This document shows positions 1 through 8,909 of a DNA stretch of 64,000 bases, piece after piece. Each line of letters begins with the position of its first letter. The first letter of the stretch is position 1. This DNA comes from Candidatus Bathyarchaeota archaeon (GTDB lineage: Archaea; Thermoproteota; CALKCG01; B24). The stretch covers positions 6,595 to 70,594 of the forward strand of contig JAGTQM010000008.1 of assembly GCA_018396755.1 (NCBI GenBank), in the 5' to 3' direction. Below the pieces are notes generated by a model, which was not told where the DNA came from, ran no database searches, and saw only the letters and a list, made by a program, of their open reading frames with translations. The position numbers were made by a program, and so were the translations under genes.

Positions 1-1
1 A

Positions 2-427
2 AGACAAGTTGAAGAGCGTTGTTTATCGTTGGGCTTAGAAACGACGTTTCCCAAACCCTTCTGCTCCCTAGAGCCTTCTGAAAATAAACCTATAATCTCA
101 AGATTTGTCGAAGAGCTTGGCGTAGGTAGACCGAAGCTTGAAATATCCCTAGCTAGGAGAAGCGGATATGAAATTATAGAGTATGCAGTTGTCAAACGTA
201 GTGCACCATGCGGTTCAACATGGTACATAGCGAAAAAACTGACGGGTATTGAAACGAAAAGGGAAATCTTATACGACGCCATAGCTAGAGCCCACCACAG
301 CTACCCATGCACGGCAACAATGAACATAGACCCGGAAGAAAAAGAACCCATACTGCATCTAGGAGGATACATAATAAGAGAAGAAGTTGAAAAAGCTATT
401 GAAAAAGCAAAATCTTCTAAAACTTAA
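2..427 (+). CDS. DUF166-like protein, C-terminal part (5' end runs off the window)
   Basis: The frame is open from nt 2, with no stop upstream of the TTG at 29. The Cys motifs RSAPCGSTWYIAKKL and HHSYPCTATM resemble the archaeal DUF166 family from memory only. Confidence 0.4.
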   Translation, partial: RQVEERCLSLGLETTFPKPFCSLEPSENKPIISRFVEELGVGRPKLEISLARRSGYEIIEYAVVKRSAPCGSTWYIAKKLTGIETKREILYDAIARAHHSYPCTATMNIDPEEKEPILHLGGYIIREEVEKAIEKAKSSKT

Positions 428-554
428 ATCCATATATACGGCAAGGCTAAAACTAGAGAATTATTAGAATGTAGAAGCTGAAGCGTATATCCTTCAGTTC
501 AATTACGCACGGTTAGATGCCCTACTAATAGCACCATAGCTTCAAACTAGCAGT

Positions 555-1475
555 CTAAACTTGTCTTATCCTCGAAAGATATCTGAAAGCCGATAAAGCT
601 GCTTTACACCCTTCTCCCGCTGCAACCACTATCTGCTTCTCCGGCACGTTTGTTACATCACCTGCTGCAAAAAGCCCTGGGAAACTGGTTTCACACGTAC
701 AATTAACAATAATTTCACCCCATTGATTCTTCTCCACAAAATCAACTATTTCCGAATTCGGTGTAGATCCCACTTCGATAAAAACTCCTTGAACTGGTAG
801 AAAGAGCTCCTCGCCTTCTTTCAATATTTTCATACCCTTAACCACTTTATCGCCGACTATCTCTAAGACACGTGTACCTGTCCACATGCTAACTCTACTT
901 GAAGTCTTAGCTTTCTCAACAAGTATTGGGTCTGCTTTAAGCTCATGCATAATCTCTATAAGGTATACATTGTTTGCAATCTTCATCAACTGTAAGACCG
1001 CCTCTAAACCAGAATTTCCTCCACCGACAACAGCAACATCTACTCCTCTAAACAACGGTGCATCGCAAGTGGCGCAGTATGAAACACCTCTATTCTTAAA
1101 CTCCCTTTCACCTGGGACATTAAGTTCTCTAGGTCTTCTGCCAGTTGCAACGATAACAGTCCTACTAGAATAGTCACCATTGTCTGTAGTTACGTGGAAA
1201 AACCCATTTTCAAACGAAACCCTAAGGGCCTCCTCTATTCTAAGGTCGAAATTATACTGTTTTAAATGATCGTAAAACTTAGCCGTCAATTCCTCCCCCG
1301 TAATATACTGGAAACCAGTATAGTTTTCAATGGTTGATGAGAACGTAACCTGACCACCCACATTTAATGTTAGAACCAGAAAATCCATCCTCTTGCGGGC
1401 GGCGTATATGGCTGCTGTTATCCCAGCAGGACCAGCACCTACGATTATCAAATCGTAAATACGGTTAAATGTCAT
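555..1475 (-). CDS. trxB: thioredoxin reductase (low-Mr, FAD/NADPH)
   Basis: It has GAGPAG and GGGNSG dinucleotide-binding motifs and the redox-active CATC motif (SYCATCDAPLF). The 306-aa length is typical. Confidence 0.9.
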   Translation of the reverse strand: MTFNRIYDLIIVGAGPAGITAAIYAARKRMDFLVLTLNVGGQVTFSSTIENYTGFQYITGEELTAKFYDHLKQYNFDLRIEEALRVSFENGFFHVTTDNGDYSSRTVIVATGRRPRELNVPGEREFKNRGVSYCATCDAPLFRGVDVAVVGGGNSGLEAVLQLMKIANNVYLIEIMHELKADPILVEKAKTSSRVSMWTGTRVLEIVGDKVVKGMKILKEGEELFLPVQGVFIEVGSTPNSEIVDFVEKNQWGEIIVNCTCETSFPGLFAAGDVTNVPEKQIVVAAGEGCKAALSAFRYLSRIRQV

Positions 1476-1661
1476 TCAAAATTTTCTTAACAATAGCCTC
1501 CTTTATATTTTTCTAGAGGATAAGGCTCTCTTATGCACGCTTCACCTGAGTAAAAAGCATACACGTGGAAGACTACCGCCATCTAAACTATAATAACATT
1601 TAGAGCTAAACATTTTTATGATTAGAATCATCAAAATAATATTTGCACAGAGTGAGTTCTC

Positions 1662-1991
1662 ATGAAAAAGATGATTTACATAGGTAATGCGAAGAAAATA
1701 CCGGTTGGAGAAGCTAGAAAATTCCTCTACCCAGTTGGCGATGAAAAAGGCACTGAGAGACCAGGTTTACTCATACACCTTGAAGAAGGCTTCGTAGCCT
1801 ACGATGGATTATGCACACACATGCAGGCTGAAATTGAATGGAATAGGTATACTGGGAGAATATGGTGCACATTACACGACGGTATGTACGACCCGAAAAC
1901 CGGAAGACCAGTACTCGGACTGCCTAGAGAACCCCTGAAGAGAATAGAGTTAAAGATTGAGGAAAACGGTGAAATTTACGCTCTAACATAA
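1662..1991 (+). CDS. Rieske [2Fe-2S] domain protein
   Basis: It carries the CxH ... CxxH ligand pairs (LCTHMQ and WCTLHDG) in a 109-aa protein. Confidence 0.8.
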   Translation: MKKMIYIGNAKKIPVGEARKFLYPVGDEKGTERPGLLIHLEEGFVAYDGLCTHMQAEIEWNRYTGRIWCTLHDGMYDPKTGRPVLGLPREPLKRIELKIEENGEIYALT

Positions 1992-2025
1992 AAGCATTGA
2001 AAGAATTCCCCCCATTTTCTCCTTT

Positions 2026-2445
2026 TTAAACCCCACATACAGTTTGAACATCTTTTTCTCTAAGCCTCTCAATAAGGTTTAAAACTCTACCTTTTATCAA
2101 ATTCCTCACTTCTCTCGCCTCTTCCAACGGCATTCCCGCAGGGTCTGGAATATTCCACTCCTCGATATATTTGCTGTAAACTACTGGGCATAAAGAACCA
2201 CTACATACGATTACAGCCATGTAAGCATTTTCCTGAAGCTCTCTAGTCATAAGTTGAGGCTTCTTACGGCTTATATCAATCCCCTCTTCAAGCATAAGCT
2301 TCACAGCATTCGGATGAACGCTTTCAGCTGGAGTTAAACCTGCACTTACAGCCCTCCACCCCTCCGGCGCATACACATTAAAATATGCTTCAGCAATCTG
2401 ACTTCTAAAACTATTCTCAACACAGATGAAAAGCACAATCCTCAA
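2026..2445 (-). CDS. arsC: arsenate reductase / LMW protein-tyrosine-phosphatase family (thioredoxin-coupled type)
   Basis: It has the CX5R P-loop CVENSFRS and a downstream Cys pair (VCSGSLCP). The ORF-track start at 2529 overlaps the next gene. A TTG at 2445 preceded by GGTGA gives MRIVLFICVENS and a typical 139-aa length. Confidence 0.8.
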   Translation of the reverse strand: MRIVLFICVENSFRSQIAEAYFNVYAPEGWRAVSAGLTPAESVHPNAVKLMLEEGIDISRKKPQLMTRELQENAYMAVIVCSGSLCPVVYSKYIEEWNIPDPAGMPLEEAREVRNLIKGRVLNLIERLREKDVQTVCGV

Positions 2446-2522
2446 TTGCAAATCACCTAAAATATCTAACTTGGACTTAGACTTTATAAGGTTTAAGAAA
2501 TAAAAATATTTAAGGTGAAATC

Positions 2523-3065
2523 GTGCCACCGCATTGTGATACTATGGATGGGCCGGTTGTTACAGCCGCTAAAAAGGCTTTGGAAACGGGAAATGTTAAC
2601 CTCATTCTTCCCTGGGTGCCGAAGAAAGCTGAAGAGGAGTTGAAGAAGGCTTTTGAAAAGACTCTTCAAGTGAGAAAACTGGGTCAAGAAGCAGCTGAGC
2701 TTGCAGACTACTGGTTTTTTGAAACAGCCGTACGGTTGCATAGAGAAGGTGAGGGAGCACCTTATACTGGGCTTAAGCCAGCTGGGTTGGATTGGGGTCC
2801 AATAGTGCCACGTGCAGAAAAAGCTATTGAAAAAGGAAACCCAAAAGAAGTTATAGATTTTATTGTGCACACTGTTGAAGAGGAACTGCAGAGAAGATTT
2901 AAACATGCTATGGAGAAGAAGAAATATGATGTGAACGATGTGTATGCTGCAAGAGAATACGTACAAGCAATGCTCGGCTTCATCTTATATGCACACCATC
3001 TATACGAGTTTATGAAGGGTGGAAAAGTGCACGGCGAAGAAGGAATAGGTGAACACCAGCTGTAG
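2523..3065 (+). CDS. conserved hypothetical protein with an N-terminal PHCDTMDGPVV motif (DUF6448-like from memory)
   Basis: This is a 180-aa ORF with a GTG start. The mature N-terminus is P-P-H-C-D, followed by a helical FFETAVRLHREGEGAPYTGLKP region. Coding-like composition dominates the two antisense ORFs. Confidence 0.5.
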   Translation: MPPHCDTMDGPVVTAAKKALETGNVNLILPWVPKKAEEELKKAFEKTLQVRKLGQEAAELADYWFFETAVRLHREGEGAPYTGLKPAGLDWGPIVPRAEKAIEKGNPKEVIDFIVHTVEEELQRRFKHAMEKKKYDVNDVYAAREYVQAMLGFILYAHHLYEFMKGGKVHGEEGIGEHQL

Positions 3066-3275
3066 AGCAACAATGGAAGAATAACTAGTAGAAAGCTGAA
3101 ATTAAACAAAATAAAAAAGTGGGTTTATGACAATATTTATTTAGAATTAGTTCTCCTAGTTAAGGAAACCTTAGATCAAGCTGTTTTAACGGAATTAGCG
3201 AGGATTGGCAACTTTATCTGTTCGCCCGAATATATTCGGGAAAAATTTAATTAGATATAACTCTGTTATATCAAT

Positions 3276-4058
3276 ATGGTGATTAAAGTGATAGGTAAAG
3301 AAGAGTTGAAAAAGATTCTCAGAGAGTTGAAGTCAGAGGAAGATTTAGCTAGAGTTGAAGAGGAAGCGCGTCTATTCTTACGAAATATAGACCCGGAAAC
3401 ACTATCTATCGTTGAGCAAGAGCTCTTAGAGGAAGGCTTAAACCCCGAAGATTTAAGGAGGCTCTGCGAAATACACTTAAAAGCCATCACGATTAAAAGA
3501 GAAGAACCTGAAATTGGAGGAGAACATCCAATAGGCATACTTAAGGCTGAGCATAAAATCATATTAGACAACATCAAAATATTAGAGGAGATAGCTAGTA
3601 AAGTCAAATCCAACGTAGGCTTAGAGCAATTGAATGAAGAGTTTAAGAAGCTAGAGTCAGTAGTAGCACTACTGCTTGAAGCTGAAAGCCACCATCAAAG
3701 GGAGGAGGAAGCGCTATTCCCACGTTTAGAGAAGCAGGGAATTACTGGACCGCCAAGTGTTATGAGGATAGAGCATGAAGACTTAAGAGTTAAGAAGAAG
3801 GCTCTTAAAAGACTTTTGGATGAGCGTGCCACATTAGACCATAACTACTTAGCTGATAATGTGTATGAGTTAGGCAACTATATCGTTTCAACCCTAAGAG
3901 ACCACATATACAAAGAAGACAACATACTATACCCACTATCTCTAACAACAATACCTGAAAATGAGTGGCGTAAAATCAGAGAGGAATTTGACGTTATTGG
4001 ATACTGCTGCTTTACCCCAGGAATTAAAGCCTTAGGGGAGCACCGCCATGAAGTATGA
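3276..4058 (+). CDS. DUF438 / hemerythrin-like metal-binding domain protein
   Basis: Hemerythrin HHE-type His/Glu motifs are present (HPIGILKAEHK, ESHHQREEEALFP, MRIEHEDL, LRDHIYKEDNILYP). Confidence 0.75.
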   Translation: MVIKVIGKEELKKILRELKSEEDLARVEEEARLFLRNIDPETLSIVEQELLEEGLNPEDLRRLCEIHLKAITIKREEPEIGGEHPIGILKAEHKIILDNIKILEEIASKVKSNVGLEQLNEEFKKLESVVALLLEAESHHQREEEALFPRLEKQGITGPPSVMRIEHEDLRVKKKALKRLLDERATLDHNYLADNVYELGNYIVSTLRDHIYKEDNILYPLSLTTIPENEWRKIREEFDVIGYCCFTPGIKALGEHRHEV

Positions 4059-4293
4059 AAAACAGTCTACTATGGGCGATTATCTAATTGGTGATGGAAT
4101 ATTCACGGTTAGTAAAGAGGGAAACAGAGTAATCATCAAACTATATGCATGGTCGAAAAGGAGAGGAAAAGAGATAATTCATCTACTCGATAGTAGAAGC
4201 GGCACAGAGATACACATATATGACAGAGGATATATCTACGGAGAGAATGATGAAGATAAAGCTGAAATAGCGCAATCCTTTGCCAATATATGA
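4048..4293 (+). CDS. hypothetical protein (81 aa)
   Basis: An ATG overlaps the upstream gene's end by 11 nt, which suggests translational coupling. No motif was recognised. Confidence 0.4.
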   Translation: MKYEKQSTMGDYLIGDGIFTVSKEGNRVIIKLYAWSKRRGKEIIHLLDSRSGTEIHIYDRGYIYGENDEDKAEIAQSFANI

Positions 4294-4306
4294 AGCAAGT
4301 AGTTTT

Positions 4307-4942
4307 TCACAAATATTCGAAGTAGTATTCTAAGAGCCGTCTTATCCCTCTCCTCATCCTCTCAGAAAGCGTTGAAGAGCTTATTCCAAGCTTACGTGAA
4401 ATATCCGATATAGTCGATTTTTTAGGATAATCGAAGAAACCCATCTCTAAAGCTATCCGTAAAGCCATCTCCTGCTTCTCAGTTAAGACTAAACCCCTCC
4501 CTCTGAACCTCTCTATTCCTAGTATTTTTAGCTCAAAACCAAGCTCCTCTAAAGTTGAAACTATATCTTGCACCATTCTCGTGTTGGGGGAAACAAATGT
4601 GTAGACAAGTCTATTACTTTCCACACTCCATGCCGTCGCCAGAAAAGCACCCTTTAAAACAATAGTGTTACATACGTCACATCCATCAGATTCAAACCAT
4701 GCGATAGATTCCCTCCCTAACTTAATACTACTCCGCATCCTCACATTACTACGTTTTAGAATATTGACGGATTGTTTTACTGGTATTCTCACTAGATGCC
4801 TAGTAACACCATGCGGTAAACGCCTAATGTCAACTACTCTAAACTGGTGAACCCCTAAATCTTTAAATAGCTTCAGCACTTTACACTGTTCATTTACTAT
4901 TTCAATAGAAGTACGGTAGGGGAATTTTTCTCTATAAGCCAT
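4307..4942 (-). CDS. transcriptional regulator with C-terminal HTH_10 (bacterio-opsin-activator-type) domain
   Basis: The C-terminus LTEKQEMALRIALEMGFFDYPKKSTISDISRKLGISSSTLSERMRRG matches the archaeal HTH_10 pattern. Confidence 0.7.
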   Translation of the reverse strand: MAYREKFPYRTSIEIVNEQCKVLKLFKDLGVHQFRVVDIRRLPHGVTRHLVRIPVKQSVNILKRSNVRMRSSIKLGRESIAWFESDGCDVCNTIVLKGAFLATAWSVESNRLVYTFVSPNTRMVQDIVSTLEELGFELKILGIERFRGRGLVLTEKQEMALRIALEMGFFDYPKKSTISDISRKLGISSSTLSERMRRGIRRLLEYYFEYL

Positions 4943-5135
4943 TTTTCAACCTCCTCTAAATACTAACACCTCTTTCGATCTTCTTCACATCGTACTTCTA
5001 CTTAAAAATAAGATGGATTGAAAATCTAAGGAAATGTTTACATACCAAATCCAACATTAACGTTTCTATAGGTATTGCCACATGTCAAACACTATCGATA
5101 GGAGTAAGATTGAGACTATAAAAAAGAGGAATCCA

Positions 5136-5297
5136 TTATTTCATTTGAATAGCGTGCTTAGTAATTTCTAGCGAACATGAACGATATTTGGAGCAGAACT
5201 CCTCACATCTCTCAGCCCAGCTCCTCTCTTTATAGGCAAGTCCACATTCCTCACAAATATAGAAAGTCTCATTTTCTCTCCTCTCCTCCTTCACCAT
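5136..5297 (-). CDS. small Cys-rich zinc-ribbon-like protein (53 aa), absent from the ORF track
   Basis: My hand translation is MVKEERRENETFYICEECGLAYKERSWAERCEEFCSKYRSCSLEITKHAIQMK. It has a CxxC ... CxxxC arrangement and an ATG start. It is the only coding-like stretch in a 600-bp gap. Confidence 0.5.
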   Translation of the reverse strand: MVKEERRENETFYICEECGLAYKERSWAERCEEFCSKYRSCSLEITKHAIQMK

Positions 5298-5549
5298 TAT
5301 TACCTCAGCCTCCCATTAATTAAGTGGCTTCTAAAGTCAAATATTTTGTGTTTTCAAGACCATCTTTAGGGACGTTCGTATTTTATGCTAATCCCAAATT
5401 TCTCCAGTTAGATTATGAGGAAGATTGTTTACGATTATGGTAGAGTTAAGCTAGGGAATTGGGATAGTGAGGTTTTCTGTTCATCGATTTTAACCTTAAC
5501 TTATTTTTGGTATCTAGACGCTGGTTAGAAATTTATGGAAGTTTTACGT

Positions 5550-6743
5550 TTAAAAGCCTTCACTTCTCTTAATTCTACTGGCTAAAGACTTACCTATTTC
5601 AACGATTTTCCTCATGTCTTCTTCCATTGGTGGTCCATTGATTTCAACCGTGCTAACAACTTCAATTTTGAAGTCTCTAAGTAGTTCCTGTATCTGTCGT
5701 ATTGCACCTCCACTCCAGCCGTAAGAGCTTAAGACGACCGTGAACTCTGTCGGTGGGCGTAGTATCCTGAAAAGGTATGTGGCGTAAACAATTAGAGGAT
5801 GTGCTCCTCCTAGAACTGCTGGCACACCTAAAACTATAGCCCTTGAATCAACGAGGTCTTTAACTAAATCTCCAACATCGGTCACCGTTAAATTGTGAAG
5901 GACAACTTCAATACCTTCTCTAGCAAGCACTTCAGCCATCTGTTCAGCCATATGCTCAGTACTACCCCACATACTCACATAGATTATTGACACTTTTTGC
6001 TTAGTTTCACCATACACCCACCTCTTATAAGCGTTTAGAATCACCTCAGGCTTCCTATGAATAGGCCCATGACTTGGAGCTATCGTTTTAACGTCTAAGC
6101 CCTTCAGCTTCTCCAATCCCTTCTGCGCCATGGTTCTGAAAGGCATCATTATCTCACCCCAGTACTTCTGAGCATGAATAAGCAAATCTTCAACATCATC
6201 ACTGTAAACCCCTTCAGCTAAGTGAGAGCCAAAGAAATCGCATGAAAAAAGTATTCCCTCCTCCTCAACGTAGGTAAACATCGTCTCAGGCCAGTGAAGC
6301 ATAGGCGCTTCTATGAAACGTAGAGTTTTCCCACCAAGGCTCAACTTCTCTTGATCGGTAACAATCTTCATCCTCTCCTCTGGAACACGGTAGAAGATTC
6401 GAGCCATTTTCACACCTCTACTTGTTGCTACAAGCTTAGCCTTCGTAGCGATCTTCATCAAATATGGTATGGCACCAGCGTGATCCGGCTCAGCATGATT
6501 CATTACAATGTAGTCTATTTCCCCAGGATCTACTAGACTACGGATCTTCCTTTCAAGCTCCTCCTCGAAACCAGGGTTTACCGTATCTATTAACGCATTC
6601 CCCTCTTCCCCCGACACAAGATACGCATTGTAAGAAGTCCCCCTTGGAAGAGGAATCAATGCATCGAAAAGCCTACGATTCCAGTCTTTCACACCAATCC
6701 AGTAAACGTCTCTGGAGATTCTAACCACGTTCCCCTCAAACAT
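5550..6743 (-). CDS. fprA: flavodiiron protein (metallo-beta-lactamase-like + flavodoxin domains)
   Basis: It has the di-iron motif HAEPDHAG, GTSYNAYLV, and a C-terminal flavodoxin domain (IIYVSMWGSTEHMAE). The first 50 codons of the ORF track look non-coding. The ATG at 6743 (MFEGNVVRISRDVYWIG) is preceded by GGTGG, and the ATG at 6761 is an alternative. Confidence 0.85.
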   Translation of the reverse strand: MFEGNVVRISRDVYWIGVKDWNRRLFDALIPLPRGTSYNAYLVSGEEGNALIDTVNPGFEEELERKIRSLVDPGEIDYIVMNHAEPDHAGAIPYLMKIATKAKLVATSRGVKMARIFYRVPEERMKIVTDQEKLSLGGKTLRFIEAPMLHWPETMFTYVEEEGILFSCDFFGSHLAEGVYSDDVEDLLIHAQKYWGEIMMPFRTMAQKGLEKLKGLDVKTIAPSHGPIHRKPEVILNAYKRWVYGETKQKVSIIYVSMWGSTEHMAEQMAEVLAREGIEVVLHNLTVTDVGDLVKDLVDSRAIVLGVPAVLGGAHPLIVYATYLFRILRPPTEFTVVLSSYGWSGGAIRQIQELLRDFKIEVVSTVEINGPPMEEDMRKIVEIGKSLASRIKRSEGF

Positions 6744-7042
6744 ATAACCACCACCGCTCATTATAATCAGCAAAACAAAATATAAATGTGGCTTAATATA
6801 CGCAGACGGTGAACTGAAGAAGACAGTTATAGATGGAGGAGAGATAAACATCTTCTTTAAAGAACCTCTAATAGCTGGAAGCGTAACTTGCAAAAAGTGA
6901 GTATGGAAGAAAACCAGTAAAAACCTGATAGTACGTACGGTAAATGTTATAGTGGTAGATGAGTTGAAGACGCTTGCTAAGGGAAATCGCCTAATTCGAC
7001 AGTTTCGGAATAGAAGGGTTTAAATATTGGTAAGTATGGAAA

Positions 7043-7168
7043 ATGTTGATGGTTGAAAGGCTCTATACGGTCAAGGAGACGAAGAAGCTTCTCGATGTTA
7101 CCACATGGACTATTCAGCAATGGGATAGTCCATGTGCTGACATACCAATACTTAGCTCAGAACCCTAA
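7043..7168 (+). pseudogene. remnant of a MerR/excisionase-type HTH, as found at the N-terminus of IS607-family serine recombinases
   Basis: My hand translation is MLMVERLYTVKETKKLLDVTTWTIQQWDSPCADIPILSSEP*. The LY.vKE...LL.V...TiQ.WD pattern is present, but no recombinase catalytic domain follows. Confidence 0.35.
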
Positions 7169-7656
7169 GCGGTAGACCTTTTAATCTTCGGAAGTATTTC
7201 AAACGTAAATTTGGCTATTTGATCTTTTGTAAGTCCATATTCTCCATTCAATTTGCTTATTTTACCTTGTTTAAACATGGATGCTAGCGTATTGTAGACT
7301 GTTTTCAAGGCTTTGCCTGTTGTTTTAGCGAGTTCAGATGGCGTCATTGTTTCCTTCCCGAGTTTTCCAAATCTGAAGCCCAAGTAGGCACCTACTAGAC
7401 TTAAGATTATAGAATCCTCAGCCGCTAAATCAGTTCTCTTAAGGACTACACCGTTATCCGTTATGAGGAGGAGGTCTGAACACTCCCGGATAAGACTATC
7501 TACGTTAGGCTCGAAAACTATTTTTGAGACAGCCTCATAAGATGGGTAGACTTTAGAAAGCCATTCGAAGAAAGCCTTTAGAACAGCGTCAGGTTCGCCT
7601 TTGAAAGCCGCCTCTATAGAGCCTATTTTAACGTTTACCTCGATACTACTCAACAC
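7165..7656 (-). CDS. paralog 3 of an unnamed family (N-terminal beta-beta-alpha module + C-terminal winged helix)
   Basis: It aligns along its whole length with the 7646..8143 product. A GTG at 7656 gives (M)LSSIEVNVKIGSIEAAFKGEPDAVLKAFFEWLSKVYP, collinear with MSVVKVKVSFEGGEFEFSGDVEQVLRSLIKFISDVYP. This start overlaps the upstream stop by 11 nt. Confidence 0.6.
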   Translation of the reverse strand: MLSSIEVNVKIGSIEAAFKGEPDAVLKAFFEWLSKVYPSYEAVSKIVFEPNVDSLIRECSDLLLITDNGVVLKRTDLAAEDSIILSLVGAYLGFRFGKLGKETMTPSELAKTTGKALKTVYNTLASMFKQGKISKLNGEYGLTKDQIAKFTFEILPKIKRSTA

Positions 7657-8143
7657 GTTCACCTCTAAGTCTAGGTGCAACTTCACCTATGAAGTACTTC
7701 AACCCTTTTGAAGTAACCCTATACTCCCCCCTCTCCACCTTCTCAACAAGATAGCTGTTTTGAAGCTCACTAAGCCTAGCACTTATACTGCTTTTAGACC
7801 TTCCCAGTCTTCCAGAAATCTCCTCAAGCGAAAGCGAAGGCTTATCAGATTTACCGAAGAGATACGCGAGATACTTAACGATTAAAACTAGGAGACAGCC
7901 TTCATAAATAGTCAACTTCTTCATATCTGCTAAGACGGTAGGCTCTGGATGTACAGCGATCAAATCCTTTAAACCCTTGGAAACCTCCTCTAAATCCAAG
8001 CTTAAAGTTAAATTTCTTACAAGGCTGAAAGTCGGATAAACATCTGATATAAACTTGATAAGGCTTCTTAAAACCTGCTCAACATCACCTGAAAACTCGA
8101 ATTCACCGCCTTCAAATGAAACTTTAACCTTAACCACACTCAT
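7646..8143 (-). CDS. paralog 2 of the same family (beta-beta-alpha + wHTH)
   Basis: The C-terminal pattern is wHTH-like (SLEEISGRLGRSKSSISARLSELQNSYLVEKVERGEYRVTSKG). An ATGA overlap joins it to the upstream gene. Confidence 0.65.
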   Translation of the reverse strand: MSVVKVKVSFEGGEFEFSGDVEQVLRSLIKFISDVYPTFSLVRNLTLSLDLEEVSKGLKDLIAVHPEPTVLADMKKLTIYEGCLLVLIVKYLAYLFGKSDKPSLSLEEISGRLGRSKSSISARLSELQNSYLVEKVERGEYRVTSKGLKYFIGEVAPRLRGERVE

Positions 8144-8688
8144 AGTATCCCCCCTCTAATTTTCGGAATAATCGTCTTCTCAACCCACATCTGACCTTGA
8201 GCTGAAAGCTTCCACACAGCATCCTTCTGATCAGGCTTGAAAACCCTACCTGAATCAGCCATCTCCTTAAGCCTAGCCGATACGTTTGAAACCTTAATAC
8301 CTGAATTCTGCAAAAGTAGCGCTATAGTTTTAGGGTCAGCCTTCTGCTCTTTAAACGCGTAGAGAAGCAATCCTATAGCCTCATAATGGCTTAACTTAGC
8401 CTTCTCAGAAGCTACTATCAAAGGACCATCAACACCCCACTCTACAACGCCTTCTAAAACATTAGATGTTTGTATACCTTTTTCAGCAACGTCAAAATGC
8501 CTCAATCTTAAAGGCTGAAAATCCTCCGAAGTCAACCCGCTTTTAAGCAGTTCTCTAAAATCCATTGAAGAAGTCTCCTCTAAAGCAGTTTTAACAAGGT
8601 TGAGTTTTTCACGTAGCTCTTCAACGGTTGAAAACTCAAACTCTAAAGAACCGAACCAAGACCGGAAAATAGCTTTAACTCTACTCAT
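8140..8688 (-). CDS. paralog 1 of the same family (beta-beta-alpha + wHTH), more divergent
   Basis: The N-terminus is MSRVKAIFRSWFGSLEFEFSTVEELREKL. The C-terminus is TIALLLQNSGIKVSNVSARLKEMADSGRVFKPD...WKLSAQG...IIPKI. It is the first gene of a three-gene operon. Confidence 0.65.
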   Translation of the reverse strand: MSRVKAIFRSWFGSLEFEFSTVEELREKLNLVKTALEETSSMDFRELLKSGLTSEDFQPLRLRHFDVAEKGIQTSNVLEGVVEWGVDGPLIVASEKAKLSHYEAIGLLLYAFKEQKADPKTIALLLQNSGIKVSNVSARLKEMADSGRVFKPDQKDAVWKLSAQGQMWVEKTIIPKIRGGIL

Positions 8689-8793
8689 ACTAGTAGAAAA
8701 AATTAGATAAACCAGTATATAAATTTATTTAAATTATCCTTTAAATTCCCATATCTAAAAACACTTACCATAGTTTTCACCATGATTTTCCAC

Positions 8794-8866
8794 GGATAAA
8801 GTCATGTGATAGAAATTTTAGGAAAAAACTAGGAAAAATTTATAGAAATTGTCCATGACTTTATCC
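8794..8866. promoter_or_regulatory. 13-bp perfect inverted repeat (GGATAAAGTCATG / CATGACTTTATCC) separated by 47 bp, with internal direct repeats
   Basis: The arms lie at 8794-8806 and 8854-8866. An ATAGAAATT direct repeat and AGGAAAAA x2 lie between them. The repeat sits in the 220-bp gap between the paralog genes. Confidence 0.3.
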
Positions 8867-8909
8867 ATAATATAGTTAATATTTCCTCCTTTGAATACTA
8901 GTGGAAAAC

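Noticed and set aside
886-1173. 95-aa ORF on the plus strand inside trxB
   Set aside because: It is antisense to a gene with unmistakable TrxR motifs and its composition is low-complexity, Ser/Thr/Leu-rich. The same reasoning applies to other antisense ORFs in the track. Examples are 2493..2966 and 2762..3109, 3266..3613, 6351..6724, 12358..13362, 27070..27749, 33656..34437, 48560..49007, 52572..53141 and 56566..56976.
6744-6893. 50-codon N-terminal extension of the flavodiiron ORF
   Set aside because: The extension is hydrophobic, low-complexity and unlike FDP N-termini. Internal ATGs at 6761 and 6743 give the expected MFEGNVV..YWIG start, and an AT-rich TATA-like box lies within the extension.
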